Shown: one piece after another, positions 20,001-31,391 of the stretch
How positions within the stretch are numbered: the first letter of the stretch is position 1
Layout: each line of letters begins with the position of its first letter
From: Terriglobia bacterium
Lineage (GTDB): Bacteria; Acidobacteriota; Terriglobia; 20CM-2-55-15
Length of the DNA: 64,000 nt
NCBI GenBank assembly: GCA_965247425.1
Contig: OZ252023.1
Location: forward strand, 488,533-552,532
Direction: 5' to 3'
The notes under the pieces: model-generated
Told to the model about the DNA's origin: nothing
Database searches by the model: none
Seen by the model: only the letters and a program-made list of their open reading frames with translations
Program-made: the position numbers and the translations under genes

Positions 20001-22599
20001 CATCGAGAACCTGTCGAAGTGAATGGGCACGCGTACGATCCGTCAACAACCCCCTCAGTATTTGGAGGTCCCCGCGCCAGGAAGTGACCAGATCAACGGT
20101 CGATCGAACCGCGGTCTCTACACTCTCCCAGTCCGATTCGATCCCGCTGAAACGCGGGCCATACAGATTCGTGATGTTAGCTATGCGGTCGGCCCACATC
20201 CTTCGCATCCGCTGAATCTTCAAGGCTGAATCGATGGAATTGAGCGCGCCTTCAACCGATATGTCGAACGGTCGGTGCATATGCTCCAGAATCGAACGCC
20301 GATCCTTCCAGTATGGGAGTCGGAAAAACCGACGGGCACTCTGATAGTCGGCCCGGTATCGGGCCGCAAGGTTCTCATCGACCCAATCTATAAAGGAATC
20401 ATCGAATGCATTGGCCAGATCTTGCTCGGTCGTGGAGAGCTCCGTCGCCAGGGCCCTGAGGCTGGAAAACTCCGCAAGGACGGCAGAGCCGTCAACGAAC
20501 CAGTCCTCGGGCACTGGACACAAGTCGACTATGGTTGCTCCAACGTGGCATATGTTCCTAATCTCATCCCACGTGTCGCAGGACGACCCGTCGAGGACTT
20601 TTGTTGCTTTTGCTATGACTTCTTGGAGATGCCGGAGGTCGGAGTCGAGCTTGTTCAGAACGGCACACTTTGCGAGAAACTCCTCGGTGGATCGGAGCTC
20701 CCAATCCTCTCCCGCGAGAAGCGCAATGGCTGACGCCTTCTCGGGCTCAAGAATCGCCTGGAGTGTTTCCTCCAAGTTCTCGAAGTCGGGCCATTCGCCA
20801 TCTTCACCAAACAACAACGCAATGCGCCCTTTCAGGTGATTCCGCTCATCGCAGATCTTCTCTGCTGCCTGGACCTGTCCGAGAAAGTCCCGCGCATTAC
20901 CTGGTTCCAGCCACAATCGTAAGATTCCGGGCGCCGACATCATGTGCGTACACAGTTTCGCCAAGCTTTCTCGGCCGACCGCGTTCCGTGGTTCGGGCAA
21001 GCCGAACGCTTGTGCCACGTCCAGGTTGCATCCTCTCAACCGTTCGATGTCGTTCTGAATCTCGACGAGATCTCGTAGGATCTCTTCGCGAATGTTCGAG
21101 TCATCAGTCGTCGTTCGAAGCGGTCGCCAGCGACTGGTCTCGTGTTCACGAAACTCACGCGCCCTCTTTACAAAACCGTCGGCCAGTTCGGTCAGAGCCT
21201 TGTACTGATTGTCATCGAGATCCGAGATCCACTCGCCCTCAAATTCGAACGATGGCAGGTGCCGGACGGCAGCATAGATACCGGACACCTCGTAGACGCT
21301 TCGGCCGAGCGGGTCACGTGGTCCGTGGAGGGCTCTGACGAACTCATTCAGGGTGCGCCGCAAATCCGACAGGTGGTCCAGCCGATCAGGTCTCACGCGG
21401 AGCCCACGCGCGTCGGCGGCCGCCGATTCTCCGAGCTGTTCGTAAACTGCAGCTCGCTTTGCGTAGTTCGAGTGCAATGCCAGACAAAAGATCCCAAGAT
21501 TGCACTCTTCGAGATTTCTCTTTACGGCGTCCAGCGCGGCCCGTTTTTTGCTGACGAACAAGACCCGTTTGCCGTCGGCGATTAACCCAGCGATGATGTT
21601 GGTAATCGTCTGGCTTTTACCCGTTCCCGGAGGCCCATGAATCACCATGTTCTGTCCACTTCGAGAGGCTTCGACCGCTTGAAGTTGACTGAAATCCGCG
21701 TTCATGACGGTGAACTGATCGCGGAGGTCCAGGACATCGTCGAGTCGGCCTCCCGACAACTCCGCGTCGGGGGGGAAGACGGTAGACCCGACTTCCGTCG
21801 ATACTTCCCGTTGTCCTCGAGACGCAGCCATCTCCAGAATGAGGGGATGCGATACACTGTCGGTCCGGAGTCGTTCAAGATCCTGCCACATCGCCAACCT
21901 GTGGTACGCAAAGGTGCTGACATAGATGTCACGGTCCACACTCCATCCAACCCGGCCGCGGATCGAGTTGCGAACCAACCCGAAGTACTCGGCAAAACTC
22001 CCTTCACCCAATTCTGGGATTTCGATACCGAGTTGACTCAATCGGCGGGCTAACGCCGGGTTGGTTTCCGGCTCGTCCGCCTCTCGCCGAAGTTTATAAG
22101 CGTGCTTTTCTGACGGACCGTGGAGCGAACACGGCAGCAACAGTAGTGGCGTCCTGCCTTCGACCTCATCCTCGTCGACCCAGAACACAAATCCCAAGGC
22201 CACGTACAGGACCTTGATTCCCTGTTCGTGGTCCCATTCGTTGTCCTTTTCCTGGAGATTCTTCAGACGTCTCTGCAAATCCAGCGGCGGGCAGTCCGAG
22301 GCGAGATGACCCCGGTCCAGCCACACGTCGGGGTCATCGGGAGAGACATGGCCTTTGTGCTCGGGCGAGAACTGGTACCGCTCCGCATAGTCGAAGCTCA
22401 ACCCCAAGGGTGACGTGAGATCTTTCCAGAGGACATCTGGCTCGGTGTCCACAATCCGAACGGCCAACCTGCCCGGCTTGAAGAACAGGAGTCGGTTCCG
22501 ACGACTCCGATCAAGGAGACTGTTCTGCCATCGGCCGATAGCTTCCGAAATGCCTCCAACTTCAGTGTCGTCCTGGTTTGTCTCGCGGTTCTCAGTCAT
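17012..22599 (-). pseudogene. DUF4011 - SF1 (Upf1/Dna2-like) helicase - Vsr-like nuclease - DUF3320 protein, frameshifted near 18843
   Basis: WQNSLLD.SRRNRLLF, GPPGTGKSQTI, DEASQ, GD.KQLPP, then a frame change to TSFFRR...ESILD, HYRS, QGDERD, NVAISRAR, GIECD, RDRDWLRQ.VLE.LGW.I.RVWS. Confidence 0.88.
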
Positions 22600-23154
22600 T
22601 GAGATCCATGACGCTTCTTGGGTCTTCGGTTTCGTAATTGGGAGTATGGAGGCTCGAATGGAGAATTGCGGACCGGTTTTTCAAAGGAACTCTCGGCCAT
22701 GATTCCTTCCCGCCCCGAGATTTCTGGAAGACACTCCTGCCTGTTGCGTGCGGTTCAATTACCTCGAGGTTCGTAAACGCACAAGACGTCGATCCATTTG
22801 GGTGCCATGGGAACTGCATCAATCGTACCATTCCTCCCGTCGGCATCGATCAAGAAACCCGAGCGGTCCGTACTCATAGAATGAAGCATGGGGACACACT
22901 CAAACGAGCGACTGAACAGAGAGATCACTCTGCTCCAGGACGAAGGCGTCATCGTGAAGTCGGCGCCGGTGAGGAATACATCCTCGAGGTCGCACAACCG
23001 CTCGAGCTGATGGACAACGACCAGCTTACCTGGCTGGGGATCAAGGAGCTACATCGGGAGTTGTGAGGCGAATCAGTCGGGACCCTGAGCTTCTCGCGAT
23101 CGTTGATCCCGTTATCTAGTTTCTGAACAATAACGTCCGACGTTAGGGGAGGAC

Positions 23155-23350
23155 ATGACAATGGCAGGTCGACCGGATTGTCGCGTCTACAGTGGGCCAG
23201 TATTGGCCGTTGCGACTCACCTTAAGCACGTGCTCGATATGAATGGGATCGAATGCGAAGTGCGCGGCGAGTATCTCGCAGCTGAGGTTGGCGAAATTCC
23301 AGTAATCGAAGCGTGGCCTGACCCTACATTGTGGTTGCTGGACATGCCGG
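23155..23350 (+). pseudogene. DUF2007-like small protein, probably degenerate
   Basis: HLKHVLDMNGIECEVRGEYL...GEIP..EAWP...W; frame then runs on into the convergent kinase gene. Confidence 0.45.
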
Positions 23351-23465
23351 CCAAAAATGAGTCCGAGTGTCCGCCCCATGGTGCAGGTTTAATCGGGCAG
23401 CGCGTGCTTGGGAGCATCGAAATCGTGACAAGTGACGATCGTTTGAAGCCTGCCTTAAGCTCTTG

Positions 23466-25407
23466 TCATACGGGTACGGGCTTCGTGGGACCTAACACAT
23501 ACTTGACGGCCAACGTAAGGAATATGGCCGCCAGCAGCACTGTCATGACAAACAATAGCTCTCTCGGGACGACCGGCGCATATCTCTGCTGGACAAGGAC
23601 GATGAACTCCGAATCGGCGACCGGTGCGAAACTGACAACCCAGCGGCCGGTGTAGTCCTCGGCCGACTCGTTATTCAACGACGCTACTGGATCCTGATAG
23701 TCCGTGACGGACCCAGACTCCAGCCCGGCCAGATACTTCCGGGGAAACCATACCGGCTCAATTCGACGTTCGTAAGCCGGATGAAGCAAGATGACAAAGT
23801 CTGAGGCACCTTCGGGGGCCATACCGGTCTCCCCAGCAACCGTATACGAATCTTTGCGTGCAAGAAGCGCCGTGACGAACCCCGGGTCTTCTATGCCCGG
23901 CAGGCCCATCTGCCGACTCGTCGTCACCGTCGCCACAACGACGCCCACATTCTCACCGTTAAGCCGCACCCAGGCGGAGATCCCGAACTTGTACAGGTCG
24001 TCAGAAAGCGCTTTGTACACCTGGGAAACGTAGGTGCCTGGCCCGCTCAATCCTTCAGAGTAGTCGCGACTACTGAAATCGACGCCTTCGGTGTCTCGCG
24101 ACATCTCCGGCCAGCGCGCCAGGATTGCCCCGTCGCGCCCGTCAATCACGAACCAGCTCTCGAACGGAGACAACCCGCTAAGATCGACGCGACTGTTCCC
24201 GGCTTCTTCTATGAACGCCTGGAGAGCGGGTTGATTGCGCTCCATCAGAAGCTCGCCAAGTCGACCGTCCGCGGCAACCGGCGTGATAGCTTGAGTCAAC
24301 TGCCGAAGGCGAATTCCGAGAGTTTCGGCCTGTTGCCGAGCCAGTGTGGCCTGCGCCCAGCGGGGTTCCCCCAGACGATCCGCCACATTCAGACCCACCA
24401 ACGTCAGCAACGCAACCAGCACAGCGGCCAGGCCCAACCCGACAGGATTGCGCCGGCTCCAAAGCCGCAGGCGCTCGGCAAGCTTGGGAGGGTTGGCTTC
24501 GCTCGGTAAATAGGCCAGCCACCGGTCGAGGTCTCTGGCCAGACCTTCGGCCGAGTGGTAACGATTCCGAGGCTGCTTGTCGAGGCACTTCAAGCAAATT
24601 GCTTCCAGCGTGCGATCAATTCGGGGATTCACCTCCCGGGGTGATCTCGGATTCCGCTCCGGATCGCTAACCTGCCGCAATGTTTCCCTAACCGTTTTTC
24701 CCAGAAATGGCGGCTCACCAGTCTGCAACGCATACAAGATCGTCCCAAGCCCATACACGTCACTCAGGGTGGTTAGCTTTTTTCCATTCGCCTGTTCAGG
24801 CGACATGAAACTGGCGGTTCCGACGATCTGTCCGCGCCCGGTCCCCTCCGACGCTGACTCTGCCACCGAATCGCGCTCGAGCTCCGCACCGTCAATCGGC
24901 TTCCCAAGCCCAAAATCGCAGACACACGGGCGGTCGGCCTTGTTCTCATCGGCGTCCAGCAAGATGTTCGAGGGCTTTAAATCACGGTGGAGGATTCGAT
25001 GCTGGTGGGCATGATGAACCGCTCGAGATACATTCACCATCAGCTCTGCGCCGGATCGTGGATCGTCAATGAAACGGAAGATGCTCTTCGAGGCTACCTC
25101 CGGATACGAACTCCATGCTCAAGAAGGGGCGCCCCTTAAAATCCTTGACGTCGAACACCCGTACGACATGGGGATGTTTCAGCTGTGCCATGCTCTGGGC
25201 TTCGAACCGGAAACGTTCCGCCTCTTCAACCGTGACCGTGTCTGCCGACTTGCTCATCTTCAGAGCAACCCAGGTCTTCAGCTTCTGATCATAGGCCTTG
25301 AGCACAACGGCCTGTCCGCCCTCCCCCAGTCGTGTGATTCTCGTGTACCTTGTAAGTTCTGGCGAAGAATCGCTGACGGTCTCTTTCATGACTTTCCTAG
25401 TCCGCAC
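23466..25407 (-). pseudogene. Membrane Ser/Thr kinase with Cache-like extracytoplasmic domain, frameshifted near 25077
   Basis: GEGGQAVV/VALK/HPHVV in 25066-25407; HRDLKPSN, DFG, GTASFMSPE, TM, DFSSRDY, TM in 23466-25040; a 1-nt shift joins them (RFIDDPRSGAELMVNV). Confidence 0.85.
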
Positions 25408-25582
25408 AGGACGAGGAAGCTAGCCGTAAACCAAGTAACTTCAACCCGCGTCCGGAAGTCAAGCGATTGCTGACAAACCAGGAAACTCGCAACGGCTCCT
25501 CGGCATGTTGCCGACCATGCCCACCGGGGCGTCATGTTGCCGGGACGGGTCTGTTGTCCCGAGATTCGAGAATTGCCGGGAT

Positions 25583-25730
25583 TCAATTCACCAACAGATC
25601 GAGCACCTGGCCGTCCTGTCTGAGAAAGCTCAGGGATCCCGACGAAGCCTGTCCGGCTGTGCCGCTGAACTGGACGAACCGGGTGGACCAGCCCCCAGAG
25701 TCCACAATGTGTGGAAAGTAAGCGTCATCT
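25583..25730 (-). pseudogene. 3' remnant of a paralog of the FPHxAD-repeat secreted proteins
   Basis: YFPHIVDSGGWSTRFVQFSGTAGQASSGSLSFLRQDGQVLDLLVN* closely matches the C-terminus of 56408-58777. Confidence 0.8.
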
Positions 25731-25797
25731 TGTGCGTGCTCAAGCCGAGCGGTGGAAGACGGCGTTCCGGTATCAAACAACCCACGTAGCCTGCACC

Positions 25798-26361
25798 TCA
25801 CGGAGCGTACCCTACCCGAGCACGCCGTGCCCACCACCGGGCCATCCACGGCCAGACCAGCAACAACAGAACCCCAAGGACCATCACCATTAACCCCGGG
25901 GGTGCTAAAGCCCCAAGCACAGCCGTGGGCCGGTTGGCCAAGGCATGCACCCCTACCACAACAAACAGATTCCTCGTCCGAAGATAAATCAGGGCAAAGA
26001 AGACGCCGAAGACAAAGGTGCGCAGCAGATCGAACACCAGGGCAGCTCCCTCAATGTCGTTGTACAACCGAATCGGAAGGTGCATGAGCGAAAAGATCGC
26101 CTGAGATAGAATCAACGCTTTGACGAGCGCCCCCCCCCGCGCCGACGTTCTGTCTCCGCGGAACTTTATGTAGAGTTGAGACAGCAGAAAACCGCGAAAG
26201 ACGATCTCCTCGGCCAGGGCATTGCCGAAAAGCTGAGAGATAAGCATCCCCACCAGGGTCAGCGTACCCACTTCGGCCCAGTCCTCATGCAGTCTCAGCG
26301 GTTCACCCTGAAGGACAAACAAAGCCAATAAGGCCCCGTGCATGATGAGCCAGAGGATCAA
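25798..26361 (-). CDS. CPBP (CAAX/Abi) intramembrane glutamic protease, possibly 5'-truncated
   Basis: EEIVFRG, FSLMH, HALAN motifs; TTG start. Confidence 0.8.
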   Translation of the reverse strand: MILWLIMHGALLALFVLQGEPLRLHEDWAEVGTLTLVGMLISQLFGNALAEEIVFRGFLLSQLYIKFRGDRTSARGGALVKALILSQAIFSLMHLPIRLYNDIEGAALVFDLLRTFVFGVFFALIYLRTRNLFVVVGVHALANRPTAVLGALAPPGLMVMVLGVLLLLVWPWMARWWARRARVGYAP

Positions 26362-26654
26362 ACTGTCTCCCCCTTGGCTCTATTTACGCAATCATCTATT
26401 TATCAACTTTCTATATCGTGAATAATCGGCGATAGACCTCCTCGAGTGTCCATTCCATAACGACGAGCACGGAAAAAACGGCTCTTGCGGCCGTTGCACG
26501 AATTGGACATGCAGAAAACCGGGATCGCCGCGCATGCGCGGCACGATGAACGTGCCGTATTGGGAAAGCGGAATGCCAGCGAGAAGTACTGATGCGATTG
26601 TCAACGGAGTCCGGGACCGAGCTCGCCGCCTCAAGTAACCGAGACGATCTGCGT

Positions 26655-29318
26655 TCACTCACTTCGCAATGCTACTGACGGGTCTACCTCGGTCCCGCGC
26701 CGTGCTGGTACGTACACCGAGACCAGCGCGGTGACGGCAAGGAGGAGAGCCACCGAAAGAAACGTGCGCGGGTCAGTCGCCGACACGTTGAAAAGCAATC
26801 CCTGCATCAGCCGAGTCAGCACGAGGGCGCCCAGCAGTCCCGCTGCGAGCCCCATAACCACCAGGCGGATTCCCTCACGCACCACCATCGAGATCACGTC
26901 GTGGCGGTTGGCTCCAAGAGCCATCCGTAATCCCATCTCCTGTGTACGCTCAGCAACGCGGTAGGAAAAGACGCCATAAGTGCCGACGACGGCAATAGCG
27001 ACAGCCAGGGCTGCAAAAAGCGACAGCAGCAGAGCCGTAAACCTCGGGCCCGCGATCGAGGCCGACAGCTTGGTTTCCATCGTCTGGAGTCGATAGATCG
27101 GCTGGTCCGGATCCATGACGGCCACTCGGGATCGCACCGCATTCACCAGCGAATCCGACGGCACCGACGTCCGGAGAACGATCGTCATTCCGCCGAACTG
27201 GAACTGACGTGATGGCAGTATGATTTCCGGTGCGTAACCCTGGTCGAAGCCATAATGGCGGACCGAACCGCTCACGCCCACGATTTCCCGCGGTCTTCCG
27301 TAGAGGACGATATGCTGTCCAAGGGGATCCTCGCCCGGGAAAAACTCCTCGGCCATCGTCTCGTTGATCATCATTACGGACTGCGAATCCGGCCCGTCAA
27401 ATTCAGTGAAGCTGCGGCCCCTGGCGACAGGAATGCCCATGGCGCGAAAATACTCGGCAGTCACGATACGCAGGTTGGCCTGCCGCTCTTCGCCGGGACG
27501 GGGACTTGGCCGTCCTTCGATGACGACTGGAAAATCGAAGTCGATTCCGCCGTCGTCGAGCGGCAGCGCACTGGCGGCCGCCGCAACCTCGACTCCGGGC
27601 AGCGTCTCCAGGTCGTCCAACAGTTCCTCGAAAAACGACGCCTGTGGAGACAGCAGCGGTTCCTCGTCCGGACCGAACGGCCGGTACTGGCTCCCATCGG
27701 TGGGATAGCGGGACGGGTCCAGGAAGATCTGTCCCGCCAGCAAGCCTCCCGGGCGGAACCCATAGTCGATCCGCTGCAGTTCCACGAAGCTTTGAAGCAT
27801 CAGGGCCGCACCGACCAAAACCACCAGAGAGAGAGCCAGTTCAGCCACCACCAGCGCCGCACGGCCACGGAGTTGGCCGCTTTCGGTCCAGCGCCGCGGC
27901 CCCTGCTTGATGGCCCTGGAAAGGTCCGAGCGGGAGGAATGAACCGCGGGTGTCAATCCGAACAGCAATCCCGTCACGATCGACAGGAGGAGCGTGAACC
28001 CCAACATGGACAGGTCGATCTGGACGGTCTCGAGGCGGGGAATCGACTGGGGGCCGAACAGGACCGCCATCCGGATCAGGCCTGCGGCCAGCAGGACTCC
28101 CGACGCGCCTCCAAGGATCGCAAGCACCAGGTTTTCCGTCAGCAACTGTCGGATGATCCGCATGCGGCTGCAACCCAGCGCAATCCGTACGGCGATCTCC
28201 TTCGACCGCGCCGATGACCGCACCATCACCAGGTTCGCCACGTTGGCGCATGTGATCAGCAAAACGAAACCGACGGCGCCCGCCAGAGCCAGAAGGCTCA
28301 GCTTCACGTTCTCGACCATCTGTTCGTGGGCGAGCAGGACCGCTACTTCCGGATTGCTGGTCGGTTCGTCATCCGCGATACCCCGAGAGATGACACCGAG
28401 TTGATCCGCTCCTTCTGCCAGCGACACGCCCGGCCGGAGCTTACCGATCACAGAAAGCGTGTGGGAGACCCGCGACGACAGCTCCCGGGGATTCAGTATC
28501 AACGGCGAATACGTGTCGACGTTGGCGGTGACGGACGGGAAATCGAATCCCGGCTCCATCACGCCGACCACGATATAGGCCCTGTTGCTGAGTTCGACCG
28601 TGCGGCCGACCACCGCGGGATCCGACCCGAAACGCCGCTGCCAGAAGCGATGAGCGAGAACCACGACGGGCTCGTCCCCGGCCAACTCCTGATCGGTAAA
28701 CGTTCGTCCCCGGAGCGGCTCGACATCGAGCACCTCGAAGAGGTTCGCCGTCGACGCCAGAGTCGTCAACTGCTCCGCTTCGCCGGATCCTGTCAGGGCA
28801 AATCTCTCGTATCGGTATGCGGCCAGCCCCTCGAACCTGTCGGCGCCGGCCCCCCAATCCTGGAAGTTCGGGGGTGCCACCGGGTCTCGATCCTTACCCG
28901 CCTGGCTGTTACGCTCCCAAACCACGACCAGGCGATCCGAGTCGTTGTAAGGCAAGGGTTTGAGGAGGACATCGTTCACCATCGTAAACACGGCGGTGTT
29001 TGATCCGATGCCGAGCGCTAACGTCGATACTGCGACCAGAGCATAGGTACGGTTCCGTGCGAGGAGTCGTATACCGCCACGCAGGTCCTGAACGAGATCG
29101 TCAATCCAGCGCGTCACCCAAACCTCCCTTGACTGTTCCTTGATCCGTACCGTGTTCCCGATGCGTCTGCGCGCCTGAAGCTCGGCATCCGCCCGGTTCA
29201 TTCCCTGGTTCATCAGTTCATCTATGTGAAGCGCGACATGTTCCTCGAGCTCCTCGCCGAGCTGACTCTGGCGTTGTCGGCTATTCCACAGGTAACGCGA
29301 GCGGCGGATAAGGTTCAT
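26655..29318 (-). CDS. ADOP-type duplicated MacB/FtsX ABC permease
   Basis: LALGIGSNTAVF, LLITCANVANL, EIAVRIALG, second FtsX half EMGLRMALGA, VDPSVALRSE. Confidence 0.95.
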   Translation of the reverse strand: MNLIRRSRYLWNSRQRQSQLGEELEEHVALHIDELMNQGMNRADAELQARRRIGNTVRIKEQSREVWVTRWIDDLVQDLRGGIRLLARNRTYALVAVSTLALGIGSNTAVFTMVNDVLLKPLPYNDSDRLVVVWERNSQAGKDRDPVAPPNFQDWGAGADRFEGLAAYRYERFALTGSGEAEQLTTLASTANLFEVLDVEPLRGRTFTDQELAGDEPVVVLAHRFWQRRFGSDPAVVGRTVELSNRAYIVVGVMEPGFDFPSVTANVDTYSPLILNPRELSSRVSHTLSVIGKLRPGVSLAEGADQLGVISRGIADDEPTSNPEVAVLLAHEQMVENVKLSLLALAGAVGFVLLITCANVANLVMVRSSARSKEIAVRIALGCSRMRIIRQLLTENLVLAILGGASGVLLAAGLIRMAVLFGPQSIPRLETVQIDLSMLGFTLLLSIVTGLLFGLTPAVHSSRSDLSRAIKQGPRRWTESGQLRGRAALVVAELALSLVVLVGAALMLQSFVELQRIDYGFRPGGLLAGQIFLDPSRYPTDGSQYRPFGPDEEPLLSPQASFFEELLDDLETLPGVEVAAAASALPLDDGGIDFDFPVVIEGRPSPRPGEERQANLRIVTAEYFRAMGIPVARGRSFTEFDGPDSQSVMMINETMAEEFFPGEDPLGQHIVLYGRPREIVGVSGSVRHYGFDQGYAPEIILPSRQFQFGGMTIVLRTSVPSDSLVNAVRSRVAVMDPDQPIYRLQTMETKLSASIAGPRFTALLLSLFAALAVAIAVVGTYGVFSYRVAERTQEMGLRMALGANRHDVISMVVREGIRLVVMGLAAGLLGALVLTRLMQGLLFNVSATDPRTFLSVALLLAVTALVSVYVPARRGTEVDPSVALRSE

Positions 29319-29322
29319 GGCT

Positions 29323-29667
29323 TCATCCCAGGGCCGTCCCCATCGTTTTCGCGATCGCGACTGTGACCGCCCGATACCGTTCGGTTTCCGAGCGAAGGTG
29401 CTTCTTGCCCGCCGCGGTCAGCTTGTAGAAACGCGCACGCCTGTTGTTTGGGGTTTTCTGCCATTCCCCAGCAATGAAGCCGTTCAGTTCCAGTCGCTGC
29501 AGCGCCGGGTAGAGGGTGCCTTCCTCGACCTGAAAGAAGTCGTCGCTTATCTGCTGAAGGAACTTCGTAATCGCATAGCCGTGCATGTGCCCGTGCGTCA
29601 GGGTATTCAGGATCATCATGTCCAGCGTGCCGGGCAACAGCTCGTTTCTGGCCTTTTTCCTTACCAT
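29323..29667 (-). CDS. PadR-family regulator (acidobacterial type)
   Basis: LLPGTLDMMIL..L...HGYAI, VEEGTLYPALQRLE, NNRRARFYKLT; directly upstream of the permease. Confidence 0.93.
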   Translation of the reverse strand: MVRKKARNELLPGTLDMMILNTLTHGHMHGYAITKFLQQISDDFFQVEEGTLYPALQRLELNGFIAGEWQKTPNNRRARFYKLTAAGKKHLRSETERYRAVTVAIAKTMGTALG

Positions 29668-29894
29668 AGATAGACTGAGTATACAGTACAAGGCGCATCG
29701 ACACGTAACGGATTTCTCTTTTCAGTCAGCCGGTCGTCAGTCTCCGTCTGTTTTGCATGGGTTTGTCTGCACTCAAGGTATTTCTGTTTCACGACACGGC
29801 CTTGCTTATAAATCTCACATGCAGTTATATTTGGCCAGATTTTCACGGTTCGTTTCGCAACACTCCTAGTCCGTACATTATCGAGGGAAACAAC

Positions 29895-30623
29895 ATGTCA
29901 CATGTCGCAGATCGGTCCTCTCCACAACTACCTGCGATCAAGCAGATCTATTTGGGCATAAGTCTTGTCATGGTCGCGATCATCGCGGCAGGATTCTGGC
30001 CCAGCTATTTCGGACTGCTATTAAGCAACGAGCTTCAGAAAGAACTGTTCATTCATATGCACGCATTAGTGATGGTGGTTTGGATGATGCTGTTCATTAC
30101 GCAGATTACCCTTGCTGCGACGCGTCGCGTCGCACTGCACCTGAAAGTCGGGCAGTTTGGTATTTTTTGGGGGATGGTTGTCCTGGTGTCAGGAATCGCA
30201 ACCGCTGTTCTCAGATTCGCGACCATGAGAGCGGATGGGTTAGTTGAACCTGCACGGCAATTCGTTATCTGGCCTCTGCTGGATATGGTGATATTTGCGG
30301 CATTTTTTGTGCCTGCGATCCTGTACCGTCGCAAGCCGGAAATTCACAAGCGTCTGATGATCGTCGCGACAACCAATCTCCTGGTTGCAGCGGTCTTTCG
30401 AGCGGTTGGTCTGGATACACTAGTACTGCATCTGGCGTTTGTTCTGTTATGGCTGTCGCCGATTTTCATTGCCATGATCTACGATTTCAAGCGCAAGCGG
30501 CTGATGCACCCGGTCTATGTCACAGGCGCCATTGTGCTGACTGTATCAAGTTTCCGGGACATTGCGGCGACAACCGATATGTGGTTGGCATTTACTCAAT
30601 GGTTGGCGAACGCCGTCGCCTGA
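29895..30623 (+). CDS. Multi-pass membrane protein of unknown function
   Basis: About 7 hydrophobic segments; GFWPSYF, HMHA, HKRLM, HPVY; ATG after GAGGG. Confidence 0.75.
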   Translation: MSHVADRSSPQLPAIKQIYLGISLVMVAIIAAGFWPSYFGLLLSNELQKELFIHMHALVMVVWMMLFITQITLAATRRVALHLKVGQFGIFWGMVVLVSGIATAVLRFATMRADGLVEPARQFVIWPLLDMVIFAAFFVPAILYRRKPEIHKRLMIVATTNLLVAAVFRAVGLDTLVLHLAFVLLWLSPIFIAMIYDFKRKRLMHPVYVTGAIVLTVSSFRDIAATTDMWLAFTQWLANAVA

Positions 30624-30653
30624 TGCGGGAAATCCCCTCAGTCGTGCAAAACC

Positions 30654-31391
30654 ATGGACACGTTCGACAAGGTAGACGGAGTGCGGGCCAGGGTTGTGAT
30701 GGGTGCTGCCGCAGGGATCTGCATCCTGGCGCCCTTGCTCCCTTTTGGTGGAATTATCGGTTATCCGATTCTTCTCTTGTCAACCCTGGCTCACGAGATG
30801 GGGCACGGACTGACGGCGATGCTGGTCGGCCTGGAGTTCGACTCTTTTCGCCTCTACGCTGACGGGTCCGGGGTCGCCCTGATCGGAGGCCGTGCCGGCC
30901 GGTTGAGCCTGGCGGCTACAGCGGCGGGCGGACTCATTGGGCCGGCAGTGGCGGCGGCGCTGTTGTTCTGGTTGTCCTCTCGTCCCCGCCTCGCACAGAT
31001 TGCACTGGTGGCATCCGGAGCGTTCATGCTTGCTGCCTGCGTTCTGGTCATACGCAACGCGTTTGGACTGGCCTTCGTCGGAACTGTGGGCGGAGGCCTG
31101 CTCTATGTGGGTACTCGCCTTGGGACCGGCGCCGCTCAGTTCACTGCCGCGATCCTGGCCGTGCAAATGGCACTCAGTGTTTTTGCGCGGGCGGACTATC
31201 TTTTTACCGAAACTGCGATGACCAGTGCCGGCGCGATGCCTTCCGACGTGGCGCAACTGGCAGATCTACTGTTCTTGCCGTATTGGTTCTGGGGTGTTGT
31301 CTGTGGAGCAATCTCAGTGGGTGTCCTGGTCACCGGCCTGTCCGCGTTCTGGAAACATTCCAGAGGACCGATACCGACATCCGGAAGTTAG
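30654..31391 (+). CDS. M50B-like membrane metallopeptidase
   Basis: HEMGH (HExxH), AGGLIGP, SD near the C-terminus, multiple TM segments. Confidence 0.85.
   Translation: MDTFDKVDGVRARVVMGAAAGICILAPLLPFGGIIGYPILLLSTLAHEMGHGLTAMLVGLEFDSFRLYADGSGVALIGGRAGRLSLAATAAGGLIGPAVAAALLFWLSSRPRLAQIALVASGAFMLAACVLVIRNAFGLAFVGTVGGGLLYVGTRLGTGAAQFTAAILAVQMALSVFARADYLFTETAMTSAGAMPSDVAQLADLLFLPYWFWGVVCGAISVGVLVTGLSAFWKHSRGPIPTSGS

Noticed and set aside
22638-23066. ORF or IS256 relic (NERLNREI in one frame)
   Set aside because: Only a short motif resemblance; no ends or further similarity visible
26392-26662. Short ORFs downstream of the permease
   Set aside because: No recognisable motif or clear coding signal
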